Numbered from the stretch's first letter, positions 10,987 through 23,600 are shown. The stretch: 64,000 bases of DNA from Mobula hypostoma (GCF_963921235.1 NC_086108.1:115446001-115510000), one strand, 5' to 3'. A program made the numbers and translations. The notes: a model not told the origin generated them from the sequence alone.

Positions 10987-12726
10987 AAGTGTCTATGTGG
11001 GTATTCTTCTGGTGCTACATGAAAACCTCTGTTGACCATTTATATTTGTTTAATTAGATCGGTATTTGATTATGACTGTGTGGCTTATGGATCAGCATCA
11101 TCTTCAAATTGAAAATGTTTCGACGTGATACAGCACAGGCTTTAAGACTGTGTTGAGGTACAGTGAGGTCGTCTCCTGTTTCAGCTTTTCTGGTTGAAAT
11201 GGGACAATTACCCTCACAGTTGCGGAGGCTGAAGTTGTTGTTAATGTACTGGGTTAATTTGAGGATGCAGAGAAATGATTACCCTGTTAAGTGTGTTGGA
11301 AGACTGTTGGGAACATCACAAGCAGAGTGTTCAAATCACAAACAGGAGAAAATCTGCAGATGCTGGAAATCTGAGTAACACACACTAAATAATGGAGGAA
11401 CTCAGCAGCCAGGCAGCAACTGAGGAAGAAGTACAGTCGATGTCACTTTTTTCCATGGACACTGCCTGGCCTGCTGAGTTCCTCCAGCATTTTGTGTGTG
11501 TTACAAGAAGAGTGTTTTTTGTTTTGGGTGGCTGGGTTCTTATCACACGAGGAATATGGGTTTGTTTGATTATGCAATTTGTCCCATTGTAGCTTTTTTG
11601 GTAACCCCACCATGGTTTTTTTCCCAATGGCTTTAGTTGATTGAGGTTGCATGATTTAATGAAATCCAAGTATCCTGATATCCCCTAAGGGTCTGTTGGT
11701 TCATCAGTATGTTAAGGAAAATAATTGTGATATGTTAACCCTTTTTACAGATGGATTAAAAGATAATTTAATAGGAAATGTCGGTGTGACTGTTTTTGTG
11801 CCTGAATTACAGGTAACAATAAAGAAACATCTTATTAACCATTTATCAGTGTATACTGCAGAACTAGTTACCATCATTTTGAGCTTACAGTGGGTGGCGG
11901 AAATTTGTCCTTGTAAAGTTATAACTTGTTCAGATTCTTTTTTGGTTTTGACTTGTTTTAAAACCGGTCAGTCTAGCAGTAGGTCAGATTTTCTGCTGTA
12001 AGCTCTTTAAACTTTATTTCACATTCAAAGTATTAGTCTACTTGTTCTCTTCTTAAGAGATCCTGCAAATCGAGGTGTTGAGGGGAATGAGTGGGTTGAT
12101 TGTTTGGACAAAAAAGTTATTAAAAGTTCATCTGTGGATATAGACCTTCCTCTTAGCATGTCAGCAGCTAAGGGGTTGGTGGGGCTAAGAAGTCGGGGAT
12201 TATGACAAGACCTGTGGGATAATGGGCAGAATGGGAGACACTATTACAGAATACATAAAACTGTTGGGTTGATGGGAGAAGCGGGTAGACAAGGAGGGAA
12301 GGAATTATATTGACTGGGCTTAGAATTGGGCGTACGATGCTTAATTATTCCTTGTATCTTGTTGGAAACATCATTCTGGGGCGTGTAGGTTTTGCCATCA
12401 TTATGAAACAGTTGAACACATTGCTTTACAATGTGAAGCATATAAGGTTGAAAGAAAGCAAATCAGGCTGCATTACTAGCTTTGGGGGTCGATAGTTTTC
12501 ATTTAAAAACTTGACAAAGTTATGGAATGACTTTAATATAATTCACAATATTGTTTTTCATTATTTAAAATCTATAGAGCTTTTTGGGGTAATTTAGTTT
12601 TCATTTGATAAAGAACTAGTAGGGGTTTTATTTCCCAACTCTCTACACCACACTCCAGTCCAGTTGGTGGCGGTAGTGCACTTTTAAGTTGGAGTGCCAA
12701 CCACCATTTAAAGCCAGAAGAAGAAC
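10987..12726 (+). mobile_element. Nimb/I-group LINE 3' portion with RNase H domain, inserted in the Tc1
   Basis: ORF 11696-12001 (LFTDG..., SVYTAELVTIILSL..., VITCSDS) is RNase H. The 3' end reads GTTGGTGGCGGTAGTGCAC...GAAGAAGAA. A degenerate ~14-bp duplication lies at 10973-10986 and 12727-12740. Confidence 0.75.
11332..11502. mobile_element. Penelope-derived palindromic mini-insertion
   Basis: Two inverted pseudo-LTR ends; flanking duplication ACAAGMAGAGTGTT at 11318-11331 and 11503-11516. Confidence 0.75.
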
Positions 12727-12769
12727 AAGGTCCAGCTACTGGTGAGACAGTGTCCTGGCAAAAACCATT

Positions 12770-13735
12770 ATAAAGACAAAGAACACTCCAATCAACTCCG
12801 CAAAAAGGTTAATGAAAGTCAGGAGACGGATACAAGAAAATTTCCAAGTCATTGAATATCTCTTGGAGTACAGTTAAGTCAATCATCAAGAAATGGAAAG
12901 AATATGGCACAGCTGTAAATCTGCCCAGAGCAGAACGTCCTCAAAAACTGAGTGACTGTGCAAGAAAGGGACTCGTGAGGGAGGTCACCAAGAGACCTAT
13001 AACAACACTGGAGGAGCTACAAGCTTCAGTGGCTGAGATGGGAGAGACTGCACATACAACAACTGTTGCCCAGGTGCTTCACCAGTTGCAGCTTTATGGA
13101 GAGTAGCAAAGAGAAAGCCACTATTGAAAACAACTGTAATGAAGTCTCAGCTAGAAATTGCCAGAAGGCATGCGAGAGACTCTGAAGTCCGCTGGAAGAA
13201 TGTGATATGGTTTGGTGAAACCAAAATTGAGTTTTTGGCCGTCAGACTAAACGCTACTCCACACATCATCAAAACATACCATCCCTATTGTGAAGCATGG
13301 TAGTGGCTACATCAGGCTGTGGAGATGCTTCACTGCCACAGGTCCTGGAAGGCTTGTGAAGGTAGAAGGTAAAATGAATGCAACAAAATACAGGGAAAAC
13401 CTGTGACCTGGAAGAAGATTTTTTTGTCCAGCAAGACAATGACCCCAAGCATAAAGCCAAAGATACACAGGAATGGCCTAAAAACAACAAAGTTAATGTC
13501 CTGGAGTGGCCAAGTCAGAGTCAAGACTCAATCCAATTGGGAATTTGTGGCTGGACTTGAAAAGGGCTGTTCACTCACAATCCCAATGCAATCTGACAGA
13601 ACTTGAGCAGTTTTGTAAAGAAGAATGGGGAAAAAATGCAGTGTGCAGATGTGCAAAGCTGATAGAGACCTATCCACACAGACTCAGGGCTGTAATTGCT
13701 GCTAAAGGTGAATCTACTAAATACTGGCTTGAAGG
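12770..13735 (+). pseudogene. Tc1 transposase pseudogene
   Basis: GYKKISKSLNISWSTVKSIIKKWKEYG...PRAERPQKLS, then [13 protein letters not shown]...VLEWPSQS and LNPIGNLW...YPHRLRAVIAAKGESTKY, with stops and frameshifts. Confidence 0.9.
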
Positions 13736-13850
13736 GGGTGAGTAATAATACATCAATTATTCTGAATTTTAAATTTGTAATTAATTTAGATCACTTCGTA
13801 GAGATCTGATTTCACTTAGACACTAAAAACTATTTTTCTGTTGATTAGCA

Positions 13851-16800
13851 TGTAACTCTCGCTTTGGCTAGTGGCTTAATCAAGGGGGTGATAGCCCCCG
13901 GCTTGGCCAAACTTAAGAAATCTCATTTGGGTGGATGCTGCACGATGTGTCCCCTGTTACAAATCACTACCCCGAAATAACAAACAGTACACAATATGCG
14001 ATTAAAGGATTGAGCTTTATAATTCTTACTTTGACTATATGGTTAGTAAAAAACAAGAAAAAGGCCCATTCTCATGAAACAGAGCAATGTTGGAGCTCAT
14101 GGTTCCACTCAAAGTCCAATCCAGGTACAAAAGGCAGTGAATTAGCTCCCCAAAATGGTAGAGGTCACACTCCGTTCCCCTGGTGCTATGTAGGCCAGGC
14201 TATCTGGTGGTCTCCTAATTCTCTGAGACCTCTGTACCCCCTCACATAACCCTTCAGGTTCGAACACTGGGGATACTTCTGGTTTACCTGGCGAGGCCTC
14301 CCCCGACCTATCACTCGTACCCACCTGCAACTCTGACCCTTCAGTCCTGTGGCCAAGCCCCGCTTCATCCCCTGCAGGGTCCCGTTGCAACCCAGGCTGC
14401 CCACAGATAGCACCTCCCCCCCACCACTACTTCACCTGACTCAGCGGGAGAAGGGCTGGGAGTCTCTTCCTCAATCAATGGGGAGTTAGCAAAAGGCAGC
14501 ATTTACAACACATCCAGGTCCTCATCCCCGAAATCAGTGTTCCTCTCAGGGGCGGGGCCCAGTCTAACCTCGCCTGCTGTGGGCCCTGCAGTCGCCCCGC
14601 GTTTCCGCAGAGTCCTCTTACTAGATGCAGGCTCCAAGTCGGGCTCTGGGTCTACCTGCACCTCTTGCCCCAGGGGCAGCAGGTGGTTCTGATATAGAAT
14701 CTTGACAGACCTATTCCCATCCTTTGGTTTCACCCGGAAAACTGGTAGGTTTGGCAATTGACTCTCCATCACATAGGGCTTGGCCATCCAGCGGTCTGCC
14801 AATTTGTGTTTCCCAGGTAGCCCCAAATTCCTTACGAGGACCCAGTCTCCCGGAAGAGTTGGGAGAACCTCACCTTTTGATCACGAAGAAAGAAGAAGAA
14901 AGCCCTTAACTCCACCTTTTGATCGTACCTCCTCTTATTTCCTTGATTCTGCATGGCAGCCGTGGCCCCAGCTAATTCATAAGCCCTTTTCAGCTTTCTT
15001 CTCATGTCAGACATATACTTCAGATCAGACTTCGGTGGTAAGTCACCCTCGTCTGTCCCAAAACAGAGGTCTCATGCCCAAACATCAAATAATATGGCGA
15101 GTACTCAGTAGCTTCATTTCGAGTACAGTTGTAACTGTGAACCAGATGTCCAACATGTTGACTCCACCTGCTCTTCCTGCTGATCTCTAGGGTCCCGAGC
15201 ATATCTTCCAAGGTCCGATTAAACCTCTCGGGCTGGGGATCACCCTGCGGATGATAGGGAGAGGTCCTCGGCTTCTCGACTTCAAGCATGCCCAGTAATT
15301 CATGGATGACTCTGCTCTGGAAATCACTATGTATCCACCTGGGAAGGCTATAATAAATGAAATACTTCTCCCATAACAGTTTGGCCACCGTAGTCGCCCT
15401 TTGGTCCTTGGTAGGAAAAGCCTGTGCATGTCTGGTATAGTGGACCGTGATGACTACGACATTCACCGTGTTGCTGGCATCTGGCTCTATTGACAGGAAA
15501 TCCATACACACCAGGTCCAAGGGCTCAGCACTCTGCAAGTGGGACAAGGGAGTTGCCCGTGTAGGCAGTGTCTTCCGCCATGTGCAGCGAATGCAGGACT
15601 TGCAGTATTCTTCGACATCTGATTTCATCCGGGGCCAGTAAAACCAATCTCTGAGTATCCCATAGGTCTTGTCCACCCCCAAATGTCCAGAATCATCGTG
15701 AGGAGGAGGAGAAGATGGTGACATGATGGCAGCGCGTGCAGCCTCTTCGGTGATGATATCTGTAATCTGTCAAGTAGGGGACCGTGCACAATTCTGATTT
15801 GATGGAGACAGACGTGAGAGTACGGAGGAACATCTGGAAAACTTCTGAAATGCCCGCTTCGCTGCTGCTACTACTGTGTGGTAACCGGAATCTCCGGAGC
15901 AGAAGGCCCCGAATCCTCGGCTTTGCTTGTTTCAGCGGCCGGGGCGAGGTTGAAGGCACTCGGCAGAGGATGGCGCTCGGGAGGCTGTATCGGAGCAGCT
16001 GGTCGGAGGCACGGAGTTTTCGGACGGATGGACTCAGTGTCGGCTATGGTCGGCTGCTTCCAAGGCATCGGCGAGTTGATGGTGCCTGGAGGTTTATGGC
16101 AGGGAGTTTCTCCCTTTTACCGCCTGCTATCAGGGACTCGGGAGTCAATCGACTCGGGGACTTTGAGACTTTTTTTTTTACTGTGCCCATGGTGTGTTCT
16201 TCATCAAATTATGGTATTGCTTTGCACTGCTGAAACTATATGTGATAATTATGTGGTTCTGTCAGTGTTAGTCTTTGGTTTGTCCTGTTTTCTGTGATAT
16301 CACTTCAGAGAAACATTGTATCATTTCTTAATGCATGTATGCATTTCTAAATGACAATAAAAGAGGACTGAGTGTTCTCATAATCTAATCTAAAGTGACT
16401 TCAACACAATCCTCCGATACTTCTCGGGCAGAACTGCTGGCAACGCCGAGGTCGGTCCAGGGGTGAAGTGACCCGCTATAAGATCTGGTTCTTCAACTCC
16501 AACCGACACCATTCTCTCAGTAATGGAGGCACCAAGGCGTGTTTCGTCTTCTCCACCTGAGCCATGTCTCCCTTTTCAACCGCCACCCCAATAGTGCCAA
16601 TGCCCGGATCATCTCGCTGAGCAGCTGCCACTTCCCCGGAACTCAATTCCGGCAGCTGATTTGTCTTCAGAACAGTCACATTACAGTAAACTTGGGGGAT
16701 GGCGTCATCAGAAGCCCCCAATTGATCCACTGCTCGATCCGGCCTCTCCTTTCCCTCTGCCTTCACGGTGATGGCAAACTGACACATGGCCTTCATCCCT

Positions 16801-17596
16801 GGGGGAGGAACGGTCTCCCGCTCCTCATCCCTGTCCAGCCCCTCATGCACCCGTCGGGACAAAGCATCAGCATCAATGTCCCGGCTTCCCGGCCGGTACT
16901 TCAGGCTGAAATCACAGGCAGACAACACCACCAACCACCGATGGCCTGTGGCACCCAGTTTCGCCGAGGTCAGGATATAAGTTAGGGGGTTGTTGTCCGT
17001 CCTCACCTCAAACTTAGCCCCGTAGAGGTAGTCACTCATCTTATCCATCACCGCCCATTTCTACGCCAGAAATTTCAACTTGTGTGTGGGAGGGTGACAG
17101 ACTCCAGTTGACAAACGCCACGAGTCTCAACCCGGAGCCTGGATTCTGATACAGGACGCCCCTAAACCCTCTCGGCTGGCATCTGTGTGCAGTACATACG
17201 GTAATCGGGGGTCCGCAAAAGCCAGCACTGGCACCTGGGTCAGCAGCTCCTTCAGCGACTAAAAGGCCTCTTCACATTTTACATCCCTCCTCTGTCCAAA
17301 GGGCTGCAACTGTTTTAGATACTCTCCACCCTCCTGTCCTTTTCCCCCTCTCTTTCTTCCCCAAGGGAGGGTAGCCTTTCTCTCCTCATCTCTCCCCAAC
17401 AAAAGACCGCAAAATCTCTGCTCCCAGACCCACAAAAAAGAACCATATCCCTCTCCCATTGGATGGCGCACACTCCAAAGCCCAGTTACCTCTTATTATA
17501 ACCCAAACATTGCTGCTACAGAGAAACCACTACCTTAGCAGTGAAACCTTACAGAGAGGCCATTACATTAGCAGTGAAAACTTACAGAGCGTTACA
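13851..17596 (-). mobile_element. Deleted Gypsy LTR retrotransposon (RT end, RNase H, integrase) inserted in the Tc1 right arm
   Basis: TGTAAC...GTTACA termini. RNase H (TDAS..., RTDNNPL, LKYRPG..DADALSR) at 16476-17260. Integrase HHCC and core (H..SGHLGVDKT..CKSCIRC, MDF, IHSD, ERFNRTL) at 15020-15700. Tc1 sequence resumes at 17597. Confidence 0.85.
15702..16393 (+). mobile_element. ~690-bp non-coding retroposon with (AATCT)n tail, inserted in the Gypsy integrase
   Basis: Splits the integrase VLKSL|HDDSGH. It has a GC-rich 5' part starting GAAGATGG, an AT-rich 3' part, AATAAA and a TAATCTAATCTAA tail. Confidence 0.75.
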
Positions 17597-17699
17597 AGTG
17601 TCAAAACAGCAAAATTAAATCCAGTGTGATTCAATGTTGTAAAACAATAAAACATGAAAACTTCCAGGGGGAGGAGTACTTTTTATTGGCACTATAAGT

Positions 17700-18292
17700 T
17701 GTGAAATTTGCTATAGATTGCAATACCTTATAATGAAAATGATAAATTACAGAAGAATTATATATTAAAAATAAATTAGTGTAAAAAGAAAGGAAAATAG
17801 CAAGGTCATGGGTTTATTGTTCATTCAGAAATCTGATGGCAGAGGGGAAGAAGCTGTTCCTGAAACACTGAGTGTGTGTCTTCAGGTTCCTATATCTCCT
17901 CCTTGAAGGTAGCAATGAGAAGAGGGCATGTCTTGGGTGATGGAGGTGGGGGTGTCATTTATGGTGGATACTGCTTTTCTGAGGTATCATCTTTTGAAGA
18001 TGTCCTCGACAGTGGGGAGGCTAGAGCCTATGGTTGGAGCTGGCTGAGTTTACAACCCTCTGTAGCTTTTACTGATCCTGTGCAGTGGCCCTTCAATACC
18101 AGGTGGTGATGCCTCTAGTCAGAATGCTTTCCAGAGTACATCTGTAGGTGCACATAGCAAACTTCCTCCAACTCTTAATGAAATATTGCCGCTGGTGTGT
18201 CTTCTCTGTAATTGCTTCAATATGTCGGGCGCAGGATCGCTCCTCAGCGATGCTGACTCCTGGGGACTTGAAGCTGCTCACCCTTTCCACTG
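17700..18292 (-). mobile_element. Rex/Babar LINE 3' fragment
   Basis: ORF 18093-18323 (VERVSSFK.PGV.I...KTHQRQYF...YRCTLESILT..ITTWY). Confidence 0.75.
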
Positions 18293-18529
18293 TTAAAGGA
18301 GCAACAGCAGAAGATTTAACCATCTCACTTTACAATGCCTCTGAATGAAAGGTGTGGGCACAGCAACTCAGCAATCTCCTCAAGCTAGAAGAGAACTTTT
18401 CCATGTTTTGTGGTTCCCCTCTGCCTTCCTGTCTTTCCTGTGTATTTCCTATCTTCCTCTGCAGGAGACTATTGACACTGCCTCTCAGGCACAGTGCCAC
18501 AGTACTTGTTACCAGGAATCTCAGGAATA

Positions 18530-18835
18530 CTGGGTACAGTGCTGCTGCCTCCCGGCTCCTGAGACATTTGTTCAATCCCAGCCTCTGGTTCTGTCTGTGT
18601 GGAGTTTGCAGGTTCTCCCTGTGACCATGTGGGTTCCTCCTGGGCATGCTGGTTCTCTTCCACATCCCAAAGGTGTGTGGATCAGTGGCTTAATTGTCCA
18701 CTGTAAATTGTCCCCAGTGCACGTGGGTGATGGGTGGAATTCGGGGAGAATGAAATAAGATTAGTATAGGATTGGTGTTGATGGTCAGCATGGAACCGAC
18801 GGGCTGAATGGCCTGTTTCCCTGCTGTATGACTCT
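18530..18835 (+). mobile_element. HE1-like V-SINE (tRNA-derived); related copies near 22175-22270, 25520-25850, 34395-34625, 44305-44510 and 44960-45100
   Basis: V-domain-like TGTGTGGAGTTTGCA.GTTCTCCC.GTGAC..TGGGT..CTCC, followed by TAATTG.CCACTGTAAATTGTCCC and a CR1-type tail. Confidence 0.7.
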
Positions 18836-19119
18836 GTGATGCTATTGTTCTGAGACAAGTAGACATTGATCCACTGATATGAGTTCAAATCCCACTGGAG
18901 CGGCTGGGATTTAAATTCAGGTTATTGACTAATGTGAAAAAATAAACAAGAACTAATCTCGTTAGTAATGGTGAAACCATCGGATTGCCTGGAAGCCTAT
19001 CGCTTTCACAAGTCCTTCAGGGAACAAGGTGCACTCTCCTTTCTGTGTCAGGCTCTTCGAGACTCCAGACCCCCACTACAGCCGATCAGAAACACCCGCA
19101 CAAAATGCTGGGGAAACTC

Positions 19120-21300
19120 AGCAGGTCAGGCAGTGTCTGCACTCTCCGTGTCAGGTCGGGCAGCGTCTGCACTTTCCGTGTCAGGTCAGACAGCGTCTGC
19201 ACTCTCCGTGTCAGGTCAAGACAGACAGCGTCTGCACTCTCCGTGTCAAGTCAGGCAGCGTCTGCACTCTCCGTGTCAGGTCAAGTCAGACAGCGTCTGC
19301 ACTCTCCGTGTCAGGTCAGACAGCGTCTGCACTCTCCGTGTCAGCTCAGACAGCGTCTGCACTCTCCCTGTCAGGTCAGGCAGCGTCTGCGCTCTCCGTG
19401 TCTGGTCAGACAGTGTCTGTGCTCTCCCTGTCAGGTCAGGCAGCGTCTGCGCTCTCCGTGTCTGGTCAGGCAGCGTCTGCACTCTCCGTATCAGGTCAGA
19501 CAGCGTCTGCACTCTCCGTGTCAGGTCAGACAGCGTCTGAACTCTCCATGTCAGGTCAGGCAGTGTCTGCACTCTCCGTGTCAGGTCAGACAGCGTCTGC
19601 ACTCTCCATGTCAGGTCAGGCAGCGTCTGCACTCTCCGTGTCAGGTCAGGTCAGAACAGCGTCTGCACTTTCCATGTCAGGTCAGACAGCGTCTGCACTC
19701 TCCATGTCAGGTCAGGTCAGACAGTGTCTGCACTCTCCGTGTCAGGTCAGACAGCGTCTGCACTCTCCGTGTCTGGTCAGGCAGCGTCTGCACTCTCCGT
19801 ATCAGGTCAGGCAGCGTCTGCACTCTCCGTGTCTGCACTCTCCATGTCAGGTCAGGCAGCGTCTGCACTCTCTGTGTCAGGTCAGGTCAGACAGTGTCTG
19901 CACTCTCCGTGTCAGGTCAGACAGCGTCTGCACTCTCCGTGGCAGGTCAGACAGTGTCTGCACTCACCATGTCAGGTCAGGTCAGACAGCGTCTGCACTC
20001 TCCGTGTCAGGTCAGACAGCGTCTGCACTCTCCATGTCAGGTCAGGCAGCGTCTGCACTCTCCGTGTCAGGTCAGGTCAGAACAGCGTCTGCACTTTCCG
20101 TGTCAGGTCAGACAGCGTCTGCACTCTGCATGTCAGGTCAGGTCAGACAGCGTCTGCACGCTCCGTGTCAGGTCAAGTCAGACAGCGTCTGCACTCTCCG
20201 TGTCAGGTCAGGCAGCGTCTGCACTTTCCGTGTCAGGTCAGGTCAGACAGCGTCTGCACTCTCCGTGTCAGGTCAGACAGCATCTGCACTCTCCGTGTCA
20301 GGTCAGACAGCGTCTGCACTCTCCATGTCAGGTCAGGTCAGGCAGCATCTGCACTCTCCGTGTCAGGTCAGGCAGTGTCTGCACTCTCCGTGTCAGGTCG
20401 GGTAGCGTCTGCACTCTCTGTGTCAGGTCAGACAGCGTCTGCACTCTCACTGACAGGTCAGACAGCATCTGCACTCTCCGTGTCAGGTCAGGCAGTGTCT
20501 GCACTCTCCGTGTCAGGTCAGACAGCGTCTGCATTCTCCGTGTCAGGTCAGACAGCATCTGCACTCTCCATGTCAGGTCAGGTCAGACAGCGTCTGCACT
20601 CTCCGTGTCAGGTCAGACAGCGTCTGCACTCTCCATGTCAGGTCAGGTCAGGCAGTGTCTGCACTCTCCGTGTCAGGTCGGGCAGCGTCTGCACTCTCCG
20701 TGTCAGGTCAGACAGCGTCTGCACTCTCACTGTCAGGTCAGACAGCATCTGCACTCTCCGTGTCAGGTCAGGCAGTGTCTGCACTCTCCGTGTCAGGTCA
20801 GACAGCGTCTGCATTCTCCGTGTCAGGTCAGACAGTGTCTGCACTCTCCCTGTCAGGTCAGACAGCGTCTGCACTCTCCGTGTCAGGTCAGACAGCGTAT
20901 GCACTCTCCGTGTCAGGTCAGACAGTGTCTGCACTCTCCCTGTCAGGTCAGACAGCGTCTGCACTCTCCGTGTCAGGTCAGACAGTGTCTGTACTCTCCC
21001 TGTCAGGTCAGACAGTGTCTGCACTCTCCGTGTCAGGTCAGACAGTGTCTGCACTCTCCCTGTCAGGTCAGACAGTGTCTGCACTCTCCGTGTCAGGTCA
21101 GACAGTGTCTGCACTCTCCCTGTCAGGTCAGACAGTGTCTGCACTCTCCGTGTCAGGTCAGACAGTGTCTGCACTCTCCATGTCAGGTCAGACAGTGTCT
21201 GCACTCTCTGTGTCAGGTCAGACAGTGTCTGCACTCTCTGTGTCAGGTCAGACAGTGTCTGCACTCTCTGTGTCAGGTCAGACAGCGTCTGCACTCTCCT
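19120..21300. repeat. 30-bp minisatellite (TCAGGTCAGACAGCGTCTGCACTCTCCGTG), about 70 copies, with 35-bp variants
   Basis: Direct tandem array; explains the long repetitive ORFs at 18985-21419. Confidence 0.97.
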
Positions 21301-21624
21301 TTCCACGTCAGGCTCTTTGTGACTGCAGACAAAATGCTGGAGGAACGCAGCAGTGTCTTTGGAGGGGAATAAACAGGGGTAGTTTTAAGCTGAGACCTTT
21401 CACCCAGACCACCAGGTGATCAGAACCACTTCCTCTGACTGGGACCTATTCCAGATGGTCAATGAACGCTGGCACTTCCTCCAGATTCCAAGGTGGGATA
21501 AGTTGGAACCTAAATCTTTGGTTACCTGAGGTTTAATGGAAAACCAGAGTCACCGAGAGTACAGGTCCTTCACTGAACAACGTCTTGCTGATGAAACATT
21601 GTACTCCTCTTTTTGCCACGATAA

Positions 21625-22105
21625 GGCCCCTCTCAGGTTGGAGGAGCAACATTTCATATTCTGTCTAGGAAGCCTCCAACCTGATGGCACGAACATCAAT
21701 TTCTCCAATTCGCAGTAATTTTTCCCCCTTTCCCTCCCCTCTTCTTCAGTTTCCCCTCCTCCATCTTCTCTTCCATTTCTTATGCCCCTGGTGCCCCCCC
21801 TTCCTGTTTTGCCATGGTCCACTCCTCTCTCCTATCAGATTCCTTCTTCTTCAGCCCCTTGCTGATTCCACCTATCACCTTCCAGCTTTGTACTTCATTC
21901 CCCGCACACCTGCCTTCATCCATCACCTTCCCCTCCCCACCTTCTTATTCCAGCCTCTTCCCCCTTTCTATCCAGTCCTGAAGAAGGTTCTCAGTTCGAA
22001 ACATCCATTGCTTGTTTATTTCCATAGCTGTGGCTGACCTGCCGGGTTCCTCCAGCATTTTGTTTGTTTTACTCTGGATTTCCAGCCAATGCAGAATCTC
22101 TTCTG
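21625..22105 (+). mobile_element. Penelope pseudo-LTR/3' fragment (older copy)
   Basis: LRLEEQHFIFCLGSLQPDGTNINF matches the C-terminus of ORF 6561-8057, followed by a pyrimidine-rich tract and a degenerate hammerhead at ~21974-22010. Confidence 0.8.
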
Positions 22106-22463
22106 TTTAAGATATGCTGATTCCTCACCGCTTCCATTTCATTCCCCCCCAGATTTCACCCCTCTCCCACACCCTGGGGACAATTTACAGAAGCCGATGA
22201 ACCCACCAGCTTTGGGCTGTGAGAGTGACATACCCAAAGGGGGAACGTGCAAACCTCACACGAAAAGCCCATGAGGCAGAATAGAATCTGGATGTCAGGC
22301 ACTCCACATAACTCCCATGCAACTTCTTATTTGCTCCATCCCATGATTCTGTTACCGTGGTTACAAACAGTGAACAAGTGAGAGAGTGGAGGGGTCTGAA
22401 TCGATCCCAAACTGTGCAGGAAGCAGGAAGTATGTCGTGGGCCCAGAGAGTGAGAGGTTCCCA

Positions 22464-22755
22464 GGGTGGGCTGTGTGGGACGGGTGTGTTCCCCCTGTCA
22501 CTCCTGGGCCTCCGTTGTCCCTGGGACCTCCTGTAATCACTGGGAGCCACTAATAGCATCACTAACCGGAGTCATAATGCTGACAGATTGTGTGAACACA
22601 GTCTCAGTTCAGAGAACATCTGTATGTTGGATCGGGGCAGCTAAATGACACATAATTATTGGAATAAGACAAGGTGATGCGTCGCTCAAGGCTCACACTG
22701 AGGGATCCGGGCCCATCACTCCCAGTAATGGCCTTGAACACATCGACAGTTTCCA
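22464..22755 (+). repeat. 292-bp block duplicated at 59477-59768
   Basis: Direct copy with 5 substitutions and no indels by eye alignment. Confidence 0.95.
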
Positions 22756-22952
22756 GCACTAACTATAAGTTATGGAGTGTGAGGGCCTCGATTATGTGCA
22801 ATCGTTAACCAGCGGGTAATCCTGATTCTGCCCAGGACTGAGTGATTCATGTTTCATTTACATTATCCCAAGTTGCAGACAGTTAGTCTCAGGGAGAGCA
22901 TTTGTCAAACGCTGGGCTCTACAGTGAGAGAGAGAAACCTGGCAGTGTTCAG

Positions 22953-22953
<1 letters not shown>

Positions 22954-23006
<53 letters not shown>

Positions 23007-23013
23007 ACACATT

Positions 23014-23045
<32 letters not shown>

Positions 23046-23382
23046 CACACCTACACACACACACAGACACACACACACACAGACACACACACCTACACAC
23101 ACACACACAGACACACACTCACACAGACACACACAGACACACAGACACACACACACACAGACACACACTCACACAGACACACACACACACACACACACAC
23201 AGACACACAGGCACACACACACACACAGACACACACACACAGACACACACACCTACACACACACACAGACACAGACACACACACCTACACACACACACAG
23301 ACACACACTCACACAGACACACAGACACACACACACACACAGACACACAGACACACACACACACAGACACACACTCACACAG

Positions 23383-23414
<32 letters not shown>

Positions 23415-23600
23415 ACACACCTACACACACACACACACAGACACACACTCACACAGACACACACACTCTCTCACACACACACACACAGACACACACTCTC
23501 ACACACACAGACACACACACACACACACAACACACACGCTCACACAGACACACACACACTCACAAACTCACACACACGCTCACACTCTCACACACACACA
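22954..23600. repeat. Compound (CA)n/(CACACAGA)n microsatellite
   Basis: Directly visible. Confidence 0.98.

Larger units (their letters stand above)
10647..17694 (+). mobile_element. Tc1 DNA transposon, expanded by nested insertions
   Basis: Left end CACTGCCTATAAAAAGTATTC (10647) and right end GAGTACTTTTTATTGGCACTA+TA (to 17694) are imperfect inverted repeats. Long sub-terminal inverted segments are also present (10730-10840 vs 13730-13850). Confidence 0.85.

Noticed and set aside
18985..21419. Long ORFs of 795, 532 and 458 aa
   Set aside because: They are artefacts of a 30-bp stop-poor tandem repeat that is open in several frames on both strands.
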